Positions 24,430 to 33,581 of a stretch of 60,804 bases of DNA are shown in pieces. The stretch covers positions 1-60,804 of the IMG/VR virus record IMGVR_UViG_3300036760_000364, one strand, 5' to 3'. The notes under the pieces were generated by a model, which made no database searches, was not told the origin of the DNA, and worked only from the letters and a program-made list of their open reading frames with translations. This DNA is from a virus. Lineage: Duplodnaviria; Caudoviricetes. A program made the position numbers and the translations under genes. Position 1 is the first letter of the stretch. Each line of letters begins with the position of its first letter.

Positions 24430-26499
24430 ATGGCAATCTACTACATGGATTATATAAACGGCAATGATACTAGTAATGGTTCATCTTGGACTTTGGCTTG
24501 GAAGACAATTACTTCTGGGGCGACTGCGGCAAGGATAGCCCCTGGCGATGTTATCAGGATTGCCAAAAGCCCAGCACCAACTTCAATAGGTAATGCTACT
24601 TGGACTAACCTTTCAAAAACTGTTACTTTGGCTGCGGCTCAAAATGCTAATATAAATATGTGCGAGGTGGCTTGGACTGCGGCTAATGGTGCGACAGTAA
24701 CTTTAATTGGTGTAGCTACTGATGCAAAAGAAGGCGCTAATTGTATGAAGGTTGCCTTTCCTCCTACGCCAATTGCCTATACTTTATATGCTTATTATGC
24801 TACAGGAACATTAAACTTATCCACTTATCAACAGCTTTCTTTCTGGTTAAAAAACTCGGCTGCGATTGCTAATGCTACCACAATTGACGTTTGTTTATGT
24901 TCTGATGCGGCAGGAGCGACAATTGTTGATACTTTCAACATTCCAGCAATTCCTTCAACAGCAAGATGGATACCACTTACTCTGGCAAGAGCAGGGGGCG
25001 GCAATTTAGGAGCGTCAATTCAATCAATTGCAGTTTATACGGATGCTTCTCCGCCAACTGGTTCAAGCTATATCTTAGTTGATGACTTTATCGCCTGCAC
25101 AACTAACGGGCTTAATCTTCAAAGTTTAATTTCTAAAAACTCACTTGAGCAGGGCGGAACAGAGGGCTGGTATGGAATACAGAGCATAAATGGGACTGCG
25201 GTCTTACTGGATAATGATACAAATACTAAAGCCAATGCTGGTAGAGGGTATTCGGGAACAACAGAAACTGTAACTACTTATAAAAGAGAAACGATTAAAA
25301 CTGCTATGGTTTCGCCTACAACGACTGTTCAAGAAATTCAAGATAGTGGAACTTTAGGAAGCAATATAGCATTCCAAGGTGGCTGGAATACTTCTACCAC
25401 CGTTCAAGAAGGAGAAACATTTTTTGATGGGTTGAATGGGAATGGTTATGGAATATATCTAAACGCTAAATCTTATATTACTTTCAATTATCTTAATGTT
25501 TGTCGCTATTACAATGGGGTCTATTACGACAGTAGCAGTAACAATAATACCATAACTACCCTATCAAATGCCAATAATAATTCCTATTATGGAGTCTACT
25601 ACTACAACTGCACCAACAATACCATAACCACCCTTTCAAATGCGAACAATAATTTCTATTATGGGGTCTATTACAATTCCGGCATCAATAACATTATCAC
25701 CACTCTTTCAAATGCCAATAATAATTTCTCCTATGGGGTTTATTACAACACCTACTCCGCCAACAATACCATAACTATCTTATCAAATGCCAATAATAAT
25801 GCTTCCTGTGGGGTTTACTACAACTACTGCTATAACAACACCATTACTACCTTTTCAAATGCCAATAATAATTCTTCCTATGGAGTCTACTATCTCAAAG
25901 GCTACAACAACATCATTAAATCTTTATCAACTTCGGGAAATGGAACAGCGGGGATTTATAATGATTATGGAGTAAATTATCTTTTTAATGCCTTAATCGC
26001 AGAAGCGACAGAAGTTACAGGCTATTCAAGTTTTGTCAATTCAAGGATTTTCTCCAACAAGCATGACCAGACTCCAGATAACCATTGGATATTTACTGAT
26101 GGCGGAACGATAAACTCTCAAATAGCAGTCAGGCACACTGCTTCAGGCATAGCGTGGAAACTGGCAATTACTTCTTCAAATAGAGCCAGCAATTATCCGC
26201 TTACTTTATCAATCGCTAAAATAGCGGTTGCGGCTAACGCTTTAGTAACAGTTAAGGTTTGGGTGTATAAAGATAGTGCGGCTGGGGTGGCGGCAAAATT
26301 AGTTTGCAGAGGTAAACAGATTGCGGGAGTAGATAATGATGTGGTGGCGACTGCGGCTGATGTTTTACAGACCTGGGAAGAGCTAACCATAACCTTTACA
26401 CCCACAGAAGCAGGAGTGGTTGAGATTGAAGGTTGGGCATACTATGTGTCAGCATTGAGTAATGTGTATTTTGATGATATGACCATCACACAAGCATAG
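24430..26499 (+). CDS. Fibre/spike-like protein with right-handed beta-helix repeats and CBM-like domains
   Basis: GND..NGSSW..AWKTI start; six 23-24 aa GVYY....NNTITTLSNANNN repeats; C-terminal VYFDDMTI. Confidence 0.75.
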   Translation: MAIYYMDYINGNDTSNGSSWTLAWKTITSGATAARIAPGDVIRIAKSPAPTSIGNATWTNLSKTVTLAAAQNANINMCEVAWTAANGATVTLIGVATDAKEGANCMKVAFPPTPIAYTLYAYYATGTLNLSTYQQLSFWLKNSAAIANATTIDVCLCSDAAGATIVDTFNIPAIPSTARWIPLTLARAGGGNLGASIQSIAVYTDASPPTGSSYILVDDFIACTTNGLNLQSLISKNSLEQGGTEGWYGIQSINGTAVLLDNDTNTKANAGRGYSGTTETVTTYKRETIKTAMVSPTTTVQEIQDSGTLGSNIAFQGGWNTSTTVQEGETFFDGLNGNGYGIYLNAKSYITFNYLNVCRYYNGVYYDSSSNNNTITTLSNANNNSYYGVYYYNCTNNTITTLSNANNNFYYGVYYNSGINNIITTLSNANNNFSYGVYYNTYSANNTITILSNANNNASCGVYYNYCYNNTITTFSNANNNSSYGVYYLKGYNNIIKSLSTSGNGTAGIYNDYGVNYLFNALIAEATEVTGYSSFVNSRIFSNKHDQTPDNHWIFTDGGTINSQIAVRHTASGIAWKLAITSSNRASNYPLTLSIAKIAVAANALVTVKVWVYKDSAAGVAAKLVCRGKQIAGVDNDVVATAADVLQTWEELTITFTPTEAGVVEIEGWAYYVSALSNVYFDDMTITQA

Positions 26500-26510
26500 G
26501 AAGACAGAAA

Positions 26511-26786
26511 TTGCAATATTCAAGAATAATTGAACAGTCCCAAGATATGGCAGGAAAGTGGCGAGTAAAGGTTAAGGTTGCTGATAATGAGGCAATATTT
26601 CTGAGGTTTCAGAGTAAACCGACGGAAGCACAAGTTGTAGAGGAGACCAATAAATATATTGCTAATTTCATTGCACAACAAGCTGTTATTGCTGAAGAAA
26701 CAGAGAAGATGGATTTAATTGGAGATATTCCTCTGAAAGATTTAAAGATTAAATTAGGAGTCAAGGATGGCATTACCATCGCCTAA
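26511..26786 (+). CDS. Hypothetical protein (fibre-associated)
   Basis: TTG start; lies within the fibre module. Confidence 0.65.
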   Translation: MQYSRIIEQSQDMAGKWRVKVKVADNEAIFLRFQSKPTEAQVVEETNKYIANFIAQQAVIAEETEKMDLIGDIPLKDLKIKLGVKDGITIA

Positions 26787-28017
26787 TGATTTGGGATCAA
26801 TGAACTGGGCATTTCAGGCACAACCATTTGTAGATGTGCCCGCAAAAGATGCTATTGATATTAAGACAATGGACTATGCCTATAAAGCACAGCCGTTTGT
26901 CAGGAATTATAGTATTGGACAAATATTCTATCAAAGTATTAATGGAATTATTTCTTTTGGGGGAAATCTGATTAAAACAATATCTAAACTCTTAACTGGG
27001 ATTCTTTCTTTTGCTGGAGTTGTAGCAAAGGGAATATCTAAACTTTTAATTAGTGCTTTAAGTTTTATTGGAACTTTAATTAAAGGAGTATCTAAATATT
27101 TTACTGGAATTATTTCTTTTGGAGGAACTTTAACTAAGAATATATCTCATTTTTTGGTTGGTATCTTAGGTTTTACTGGTAATTTACTTAAAACTATTTC
27201 TAAGTTATGTGCTGCTTCTTTAAATTCTCAAGGACTTGTTGTTAAAACAGATTTTAAATCTTTTATTGGTAGTTTAACCTTTATTGGTGTAATAGTTAAA
27301 AGTGTGCCTAAATATTTTGCTGGAATTGTCTCACTTACTGGAACTTTAACTAAAGGAGTATCTAAGTTTTTAATTAGCACTCTTTCTTCTGTTGGTATTT
27401 TAACTAAAATTCCAACATTTAGTAAGGTTTTAGTTGGTATTATTTCATTTAATGGTATTTTAATAAAAGGAGTATCTAAGTTTTTAACTGGAGTTATTTC
27501 TTCTGGAGGAGAATTAATAAAAAGAGTTAGTAAGTTCTTTGTTGCATCTTTGAGTTTTCAGGGTATTCTTAATGCTGTAGCGTTAATATTGAAAGCTCTT
27601 ACAGGGGCTTTGAGCTTTACTGGAACTTTAGCCGAAACTTTAATATTTGGTAAGGTTTTGACTGGAGTTGTATCTTTTAATGGAATTGTAACTAAGGGAA
27701 TATCCAAATTTTTAACTGGAGTGATTTTGTTAAGTGGGGCTTTAACGAAAACAATATCTAAGTCCTTAACTGGAGCATTGACTTCTATTGGGGACTTTAT
27801 AAAAAGATTTGGTAAGTTTCGTGTTGAAATAATACGGTTACAGTCTTCAGTAACTAAATCAGTCTCATTAGAGTCTTTAGTAACTAAATCAGTTTTATTA
27901 GAATCTTTAATAGCTAAATTAGTTTCATTACAGTCTTCAATAACTAAATCAGTCTCATTAAAGTCTTTAATAACTAAATTAGTCTCATTAGTAACACAGA
28001 TAAAGACGGAGGAATAG
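26767..28017 (+). CDS. Repeat-rich fibre-like structural protein
   Basis: About 19-aa LTG.ISF.G.L.K.ISK repeats and 11-aa TKSVSL.S repeats. Confidence 0.7.
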   Translation: MALPSPNDLGSMNWAFQAQPFVDVPAKDAIDIKTMDYAYKAQPFVRNYSIGQIFYQSINGIISFGGNLIKTISKLLTGILSFAGVVAKGISKLLISALSFIGTLIKGVSKYFTGIISFGGTLTKNISHFLVGILGFTGNLLKTISKLCAASLNSQGLVVKTDFKSFIGSLTFIGVIVKSVPKYFAGIVSLTGTLTKGVSKFLISTLSSVGILTKIPTFSKVLVGIISFNGILIKGVSKFLTGVISSGGELIKRVSKFFVASLSFQGILNAVALILKALTGALSFTGTLAETLIFGKVLTGVVSFNGIVTKGISKFLTGVILLSGALTKTISKSLTGALTSIGDFIKRFGKFRVEIIRLQSSVTKSVSLESLVTKSVLLESLIAKLVSLQSSITKSVSLKSLITKLVSLVTQIKTEE

Positions 28018-28019
28018 TT

Positions 28020-28301
28020 GTGGGAAAAGTTTATGTTGGCGATGTAGGAACGATAATTGAAATAGATATGGGTGAAGATATTTCTACAGCAACAAATTTG
28101 AAACTTATAGTGCAGAAGCCAAATATGACAGAGGTAGAATGGATACCTACTATTTACGGGACGAACTATTTGAGATATAAAACTGTAGCAAATGACTTAA
28201 ATACTGATGGTAGATATATGATTAATCCAGTGTTAACATTAGGTGAGTGGTCGGGTAGTGCAGATACTGTGTTTTTTGACGTCTTTAAAGAAGGACAATA
28301 A
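28020..28301 (+). CDS. BppU-N-like small structural protein
   Basis: YVGDVGT...DIS.AT...KP...Y.T...DL...G.Y pattern. Confidence 0.6.
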   Translation: MGKVYVGDVGTIIEIDMGEDISTATNLKLIVQKPNMTEVEWIPTIYGTNYLRYKTVANDLNTDGRYMINPVLTLGEWSGSADTVFFDVFKEGQ

Positions 28302-28338
28302 ATGCCTTATAAAGGCTAAGAAAGGAGGTAAGTAAAAG

Positions 28339-28947
28339 ATGAGTAATGTGGGAAGTATCCTGATGTCAGGAGAGTTAGTTGCAAGATATAGCAGAGGTGA
28401 GGTTAGGAAGAGAGGTTTAAGGAATCTCAAACCTCTTATGTGGCGGGGTCTTTTGAAGATGATAACTAAGGTTCTACACTATTGTCGCCTGCCTTTTGTA
28501 ACATTCTGGAGTGACCTTTCTGTAAGAAAATGGGATTCTCAGAAAGACTTGTGGCTTGACTATGGATTAGTATCTTGCAGAGTAATAACAAATGCAGGTG
28601 TTGCTTTTCTGGTGGATGATTGGAACAATGATGCAACAGATATAACAACTATGAACTACCATGATTCAGGAACTGGCACTGTAGCTGAAGCTGTTACAGA
28701 TACTGGATTGGGAACACCCTGTGGCGAAGCAAGAGATGCAGGAACAAAGTCTAAGCCAACAGCAAATCAGCTAAGAACAGTTGCAACTCATACTTACGCT
28801 GGTAGTTTTGCTATAACTGAGCATGGGATATTTAGTGCAACTACTGCGGGCACACTTTGGGATAGAAGTGTATTTGCAGCTATAAATGTTGTTGCAAATG
28901 ATAAAATTGAGTTTACTTATACTTGCACAGTTAATGCAGGTGGATAA
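28339..28947 (+). CDS. Tail-collar/fibre-base-like structural protein
   Basis: ITNAG...GTGT......DT.L...ITEHGIF......LWDRSVF..INV...D...FTY. Confidence 0.65.
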   Translation: MSNVGSILMSGELVARYSRGEVRKRGLRNLKPLMWRGLLKMITKVLHYCRLPFVTFWSDLSVRKWDSQKDLWLDYGLVSCRVITNAGVAFLVDDWNNDATDITTMNYHDSGTGTVAEAVTDTGLGTPCGEARDAGTKSKPTANQLRTVATHTYAGSFAITEHGIFSATTAGTLWDRSVFAAINVVANDKIEFTYTCTVNAGG

Positions 28948-28993
28948 AAGTGAGGTTTCCGTATTCCAGAGGGAACATTATAGTATAGACTGA

Positions 28994-29092
28994 CCATTGA
29001 CTTCTCTGTTTCACAGGGCTCAATGGCGCTGAAGTGGGGATTTCCAAAGGGCTCCCCGATTAGCAAAAGATGACCTCCCGAAAGGGCTCATC
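28994..29092 (+). promoter_or_regulatory. Three tandem RNA hairpins with a shared 3x1 internal loop in the scaffold leader
   Basis: 28994-29026, 29036-29057, 29069-29092; each GA-YYY-stem...GG-C-UC. Confidence 0.6.
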
Positions 29093-29104
29093 AAGGAGAA
29101 CAAA

Positions 29105-30109
29105 ATGGCAAAAAAGGCAAAGACAGCAGATGAATTAATGAAAGAGGCAGAGGCTTTGCAGAAAGCCGAAGCTCCTGAGTTGTATCAGGATGAACCCACG
29201 ACTTCTGCACCCGAACCAGGTGCGGCTCCTGCGGTTGAACCTGAAACACCTCCTGAGACACCTCCTGAGCCGGAACCACCCGCCCCAAAAGAGACTCCTC
29301 CTCCCGTTGAGGATCTTGAGGCTCTCAGGGCTAAATTGAAAGCGGTTGAAGACGAACTCGCAAAAGAGAAATCCGCACGACGGTTTCTCAGCGACCGGGA
29401 TAAGAAACTCAACCAGGCACATGATGAAATCGAGGGCTTAAAGAAACGCCTTGCAGAAGTCGAATCTAGGCCCGAACCAAAGCCTGCTCCCGTTGAGGAT
29501 TTAACTCGAAAGAAGCTCGTTGAGAAATATGAGGAAGGCTCCGAGGCAGTACAGATGTACGATACCCTCAAAGCCGAAATCAAATCCATCGATGAACGAA
29601 TCAACACAAGTCTCAAAACCGTCGATGAGAAAGTCAAAACTGTAGATGAACGTGCAATGAACGCAGATGAACGGGCCTTTCTTGGGGAACTCAAATCTAA
29701 AGTCCCCGATTGGGAAGACATCGTGAAGATGCCCGAATTTGTGGATTATTTACAGTTTAATAAGGTTCCGTATACAGAGATCTCCCTGCTGGATCGTCTC
29801 AGAGATGCTGCCGGTGAAAGAGATGTTGAAAACACCGCCAACATCTACAAAGCTTTCAAAGAAACTCTGCCCAAAGCAACATCTGTTCCTTCTGAACCTC
29901 CAACCAAAAAGGACAAGGAAAAACTCCTATCGCCGTCAACAACGCCGAAATCGGAGTCAACACTAACAGAGATAGAATCATTCACGCCGGACGAAATGCA
30001 AAAGCTGCTGATGAAAATCACAGACCTCAAATCGAAAGGGCGACTCAAGGAAGCTGCAACCCTCGAAGCTAAAAAGGATGCCTTTCTTGAATCCCTTGGA
30101 ACATTTTAG
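29105..30109 (+). CDS. Capsid scaffolding protein
   Basis: Pro/Glu-rich N-terminus, coiled coil, VPDWEDI...EF..YL; immediately before the MCP. Confidence 0.8.
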   Translation: MAKKAKTADELMKEAEALQKAEAPELYQDEPTTSAPEPGAAPAVEPETPPETPPEPEPPAPKETPPPVEDLEALRAKLKAVEDELAKEKSARRFLSDRDKKLNQAHDEIEGLKKRLAEVESRPEPKPAPVEDLTRKKLVEKYEEGSEAVQMYDTLKAEIKSIDERINTSLKTVDEKVKTVDERAMNADERAFLGELKSKVPDWEDIVKMPEFVDYLQFNKVPYTEISLLDRLRDAAGERDVENTANIYKAFKETLPKATSVPSEPPTKKDKEKLLSPSTTPKSESTLTEIESFTPDEMQKLLMKITDLKSKGRLKEAATLEAKKDAFLESLGTF

Positions 30110-30142
30110 CGCTTTCCTCCGGTAATATAGGAGGCTTTTAAT

Positions 30143-31087
30143 ATGCCTGTGGGTAACGCAAGTGGCTATCCAAATTATGCCTATGAGGGATTAAGTAAAC
30201 TTATCCCGATATTGTGGGCTGCGGATGCCCGAGAGAAGTTTTACGCCTCAACGTGTTTACCTGATATAACAAATCAGAACATTTTGGGTGCGGCTGAAAT
30301 TAAGAACATGGGAGACAGAATATGGATCAACACTGTTCCCGATGTTCCGATTAATGACTACGTTAGAGGGGAACTTCTGAACGTAGACTATCTTGAATCC
30401 CCTGCGATTGAAATGACCGTAGATTATGCGAAACAGTTTAATTTTGCTGTTGATGAGATTGACCTCAAACAGGTTAAAATCAAGGACTGGATTTCAAGAT
30501 ACGCTGAAGATGCAAACAAGCAGATGAAGATTCACATCGAGACGAAAGTACTTGCAGGAATCTACGGAGGTGTAGATGCTGCCAATACCGGCTTGACTGC
30601 TGGAAAGATATCGGCGAATATCAATCTTGGTACAGTCGCTTCACCGTTGACTCTTACCAAATCGAACGTCCTCAGCAAAATCATCCAGTGCAGTCAGGTT
30701 CTTGGCGAGCAGAACATTCCCAAAGACGGACAGTGGTGGATGGTAATTCCTGAAGCCATGTCAACCGTTCTTCAGGACTCAGATCTCAAGAACGTCAGTA
30801 TGACTGGAGATTCGTCATCCGTCATGAGAAACAAGGGGCTGCTTGGTGAGATAAGCAGGTTCAAACTCTATGAGAGCAACCTGCTTCCAATGGAATCAGA
30901 CGGGTCGTATCATATTCTATTTGGTCACAGAATGGCAATATGGTTCGTATCCCAGTACACCAAGGTCAAAATGTATGAACCCGAAAGAGGATTCGCTCAG
31001 GCCATGAAGGGACTCAATGTGTATGGTTATGGTGTCCTTCAGCCGACAGCAATGGGGCAGATGGTTGCATCCATCAGCTACTCATAA
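30143..31087 (+). CDS. Major capsid protein (P22-coat-like HK97 fold)
   Basis: IP.LW....EKFY.ST.L..ITN, EIKNMGD.I.I..VP, C-terminal KGLNVYG. Confidence 0.9.
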   Translation: MPVGNASGYPNYAYEGLSKLIPILWAADAREKFYASTCLPDITNQNILGAAEIKNMGDRIWINTVPDVPINDYVRGELLNVDYLESPAIEMTVDYAKQFNFAVDEIDLKQVKIKDWISRYAEDANKQMKIHIETKVLAGIYGGVDAANTGLTAGKISANINLGTVASPLTLTKSNVLSKIIQCSQVLGEQNIPKDGQWWMVIPEAMSTVLQDSDLKNVSMTGDSSSVMRNKGLLGEISRFKLYESNLLPMESDGSYHILFGHRMAIWFVSQYTKVKMYEPERGFAQAMKGLNVYGYGVLQPTAMGQMVASISYS

Positions 31088-31105
31088 GAAAGGAGGTAAT
31101 GAATA

Positions 31106-31582
31106 ATGGCAACTTATAATTTAACCGGAACAACCGTTACCTCTGGTGTACCCTCAACAGCGGGTGAACCCTGGGCAGCGATGCCATTGTATGTGGCGAA
31201 GTCGGGGTTGATTGACCTGTCGGGTTATGCTACAACCGATGGGCAATTGACTGCTGCTGCGGTTTTGCAGGTTCTTTCAGTTCCTGCAAATACCTTGGTA
31301 TTACAGGTAGCGGTTGAGGTAGCCACTGCCGCAGTCGGGACAACCTTAACGGCAAATGTAGGTGATGGAAGCGGTGCTGATAGTTGGAATGCCGCTATCG
31401 ACATCAAAACTGCCGGAACCTATATCTTCTCGACAGTCGGTACAGATGCTTATGCGTCTGCTTCCAACATGGGTAAGTTCTACTCAACAGCCGATACTAT
31501 CGATTTAACAATCGGAACTTCGACTGCCATCACAGCAGGCCCGAAATTTAGAGTCTTCGCATTATGCGCAGACTATAACTAG
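31106..31582 (+). CDS. Capsid decoration / spike-base protein
   Basis: Follows the MCP; VPANT.V...VGDG...Y.TADTID. Confidence 0.65.
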   Translation: MATYNLTGTTVTSGVPSTAGEPWAAMPLYVAKSGLIDLSGYATTDGQLTAAAVLQVLSVPANTLVLQVAVEVATAAVGTTLTANVGDGSGADSWNAAIDIKTAGTYIFSTVGTDAYASASNMGKFYSTADTIDLTIGTSTAITAGPKFRVFALCADYN

Positions 31583-31591
31583 GAGGTTACT

Positions 31592-32125
31592 ATGGCTTTT
31601 TGGGAAGAACTATCCATAGGATTTCTTAGATGGGCCGGAGCGTACAAGACCAGCACTGTTACAACCCTTGCGGTTAATGGTAATGGAAATGTTACCCTGT
31701 GCTCTGGCTCAAGTGCACCAAGTGGCACTGCGGGGTATGCAATAGGCTGCCTCTTTGTAAACACATCTACAGGGGCAGTTTCTGCTAACACTGGAACCGC
31801 CTCCTCGTGTACATTTACGGCATTGATTGCTAACGCAGCCGGATCGGTAGCCCTGACAAATCTTGCCTCTGGAATAGCTCCATCGCATATTGTGAAATAT
31901 GCAGGGACAGTTACCTGGTCAGGTGGCGGTACATCGAAGGCGCTAACCGTTACAGGAGTTGTCGCATCGGATATTGTGATGGCAACGATTAAAGTGGCTC
32001 CCACACAGGCAGCTTATCTTGTGTCGGTAGCACCAACAACTGACACAATCACCTTCACATTGTCTGCTGCAAATACTTCAAACGATGCTCAGATATCGTA
32101 CACGGTGTTTAGAGCAGCTTCGTAG
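31592..32125 (+). CDS. Structural (head fibre-like) protein
   Basis: Ala/Thr/Gly-rich; GYAIGCLF..T; C-terminal YTVFRA. Confidence 0.6.
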   Translation: MAFWEELSIGFLRWAGAYKTSTVTTLAVNGNGNVTLCSGSSAPSGTAGYAIGCLFVNTSTGAVSANTGTASSCTFTALIANAAGSVALTNLASGIAPSHIVKYAGTVTWSGGGTSKALTVTGVVASDIVMATIKVAPTQAAYLVSVAPTTDTITFTLSAANTSNDAQISYTVFRAAS

Positions 32126-32139
32126 TAGAACTCAAGCTG

Positions 32140-32170
32140 GGGAGGGGCTTTTAGCCTCTCCCTACTTCTT
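32140..32170 (+). terminator. Intrinsic terminator after the head genes
   Basis: GGGAGGGGC-TTTTA-GCCTCTCCC followed by TACTTCTT. Confidence 0.6.
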
Positions 32171-32184
32171 AGAGAGGAGGAAGC

Positions 32185-32532
32185 ATGACACGAATTAAAC
32201 AGGCCTTTAAATTCTCATCGTCAGCTACATCCGCAACGAATGTCATCTCAGAAAATGGAGAGATAACGCAGGTTGTGCTGGTTGTTCCGAATTATACCAA
32301 CACGATAAACACAACCTTGACCATTTATGACCCTGATGGATATGCGCTTTATACAACCGGCACAAAAACACAAAACGCTACTTATGTACTCGCAACTGCA
32401 TTGGCTTCGGAGCTTGAAGATATTCCTGTAGTATTTGGAAGCTATGCAACAGTGACATTGAGCGGGATAACAGGTGACAGCGGAACAGACACCGTAACTG
32501 TAATTTATTACATTAAACGTAACAGGCCATAA
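32185..32532 (+). CDS. Structural protein
   Basis: GGAGG RBS; beta-rich. Confidence 0.65.
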   Translation: MTRIKQAFKFSSSATSATNVISENGEITQVVLVVPNYTNTINTTLTIYDPDGYALYTTGTKTQNATYVLATALASELEDIPVVFGSYATVTLSGITGDSGTDTVTVIYYIKRNRP

Positions 32533-32534
32533 CG

Positions 32535-33581
32535 ATGTTAATGCAAGCAATAATCGACAGGGTTAGAAAGACCCCTCTCGGAGACACCGAGAAACCATAT
32601 CTCTGGGATGACCCCGAGCTCATAGAGCTCGGTAATGAAACCATCGATGAGTTGTGTGAGGAGACTTTCCTGCTGGTGGATTCTTCGAGTCTTGATATTT
32701 GCCGGCAGTATGTGGGAATCAAGAGTGCCTGGCTTGCACAGGGAACGAATCCCGGAACACTTAAGGTCGTAACGGCGTTTGACTTCTGGAACACCATAAT
32801 TGGAGGAGCCCCCAAAAAATACACCTTCGCTGTGACTGACAACATCGCAATGACCGCTTGCACAACTCAGGCAGTTTCGACTTATTGTCGGTATCTGATT
32901 TCGACAGATTACTTATTTAATATTACTGTTACAAAAGGTGTGGATTCCACGACATCCGCCGGGGCGATTCTACCTGAACTTCCTGCCTGGAATACGCCAA
33001 TTGGTATGTTACTTATAGTAACCGATGCCACACATACCTTTACAAGCGGTACAAACAGTCTTGATGTTGCCGGTATCACCGCAACCTTCGAGTCGAGTCC
33101 TGCAACCTTCAAAACCGATTCACGTGTAATTCGAATTAATGAAGCGCAACTCGATCAGGTACGGGATCCTCTCAGTCTCCTGGACATCTATGAAATGAGC
33201 AGGTTTAACCCTGGCTGGAGAAATCTTGATGCCGGAATGCCATGTATTCTTATCAAAAAGAAGGATCGGGACACCTATCAGGTCTGGCCTCCTGCAAAGT
33301 ATCCCGATAGACTGGTTTTAACGGTTGCTCGAAGACCTCTTACGGCAATCGACCCCTCGAATACATCTGTTGAGCCCGAGATCCCCGCAATGTATCACAA
33401 GCGGTTATTTTCAGGAATCGCATTCCGGGCCTTCCAAAAGCAGGAATCCGATGCTTATAATTCAAGTCAGATAATTGATCAGGAACGCCTATGGCATGAA
33501 GACATCGAAAAGGTCAAACAAACTGAGAACCGACTCAATCAGCGAAATGAGACAAATGTCCTTCCCGGAGGTGCAACCTGA
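32535..33581 (+). CDS. Head-tail adaptor / tail tubular A-like protein
   Basis: PYLWDD.ELI...NE...E.C and PEIP..YH..L...I...AF.K.....Y motifs. Confidence 0.7.
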   Translation: MLMQAIIDRVRKTPLGDTEKPYLWDDPELIELGNETIDELCEETFLLVDSSSLDICRQYVGIKSAWLAQGTNPGTLKVVTAFDFWNTIIGGAPKKYTFAVTDNIAMTACTTQAVSTYCRYLISTDYLFNITVTKGVDSTTSAGAILPELPAWNTPIGMLLIVTDATHTFTSGTNSLDVAGITATFESSPATFKTDSRVIRINEAQLDQVRDPLSLLDIYEMSRFNPGWRNLDAGMPCILIKKKDRDTYQVWPPAKYPDRLVLTVARRPLTAIDPSNTSVEPEIPAMYHKRLFSGIAFRAFQKQESDAYNSSQIIDQERLWHEDIEKVKQTENRLNQRNETNVLPGGAT

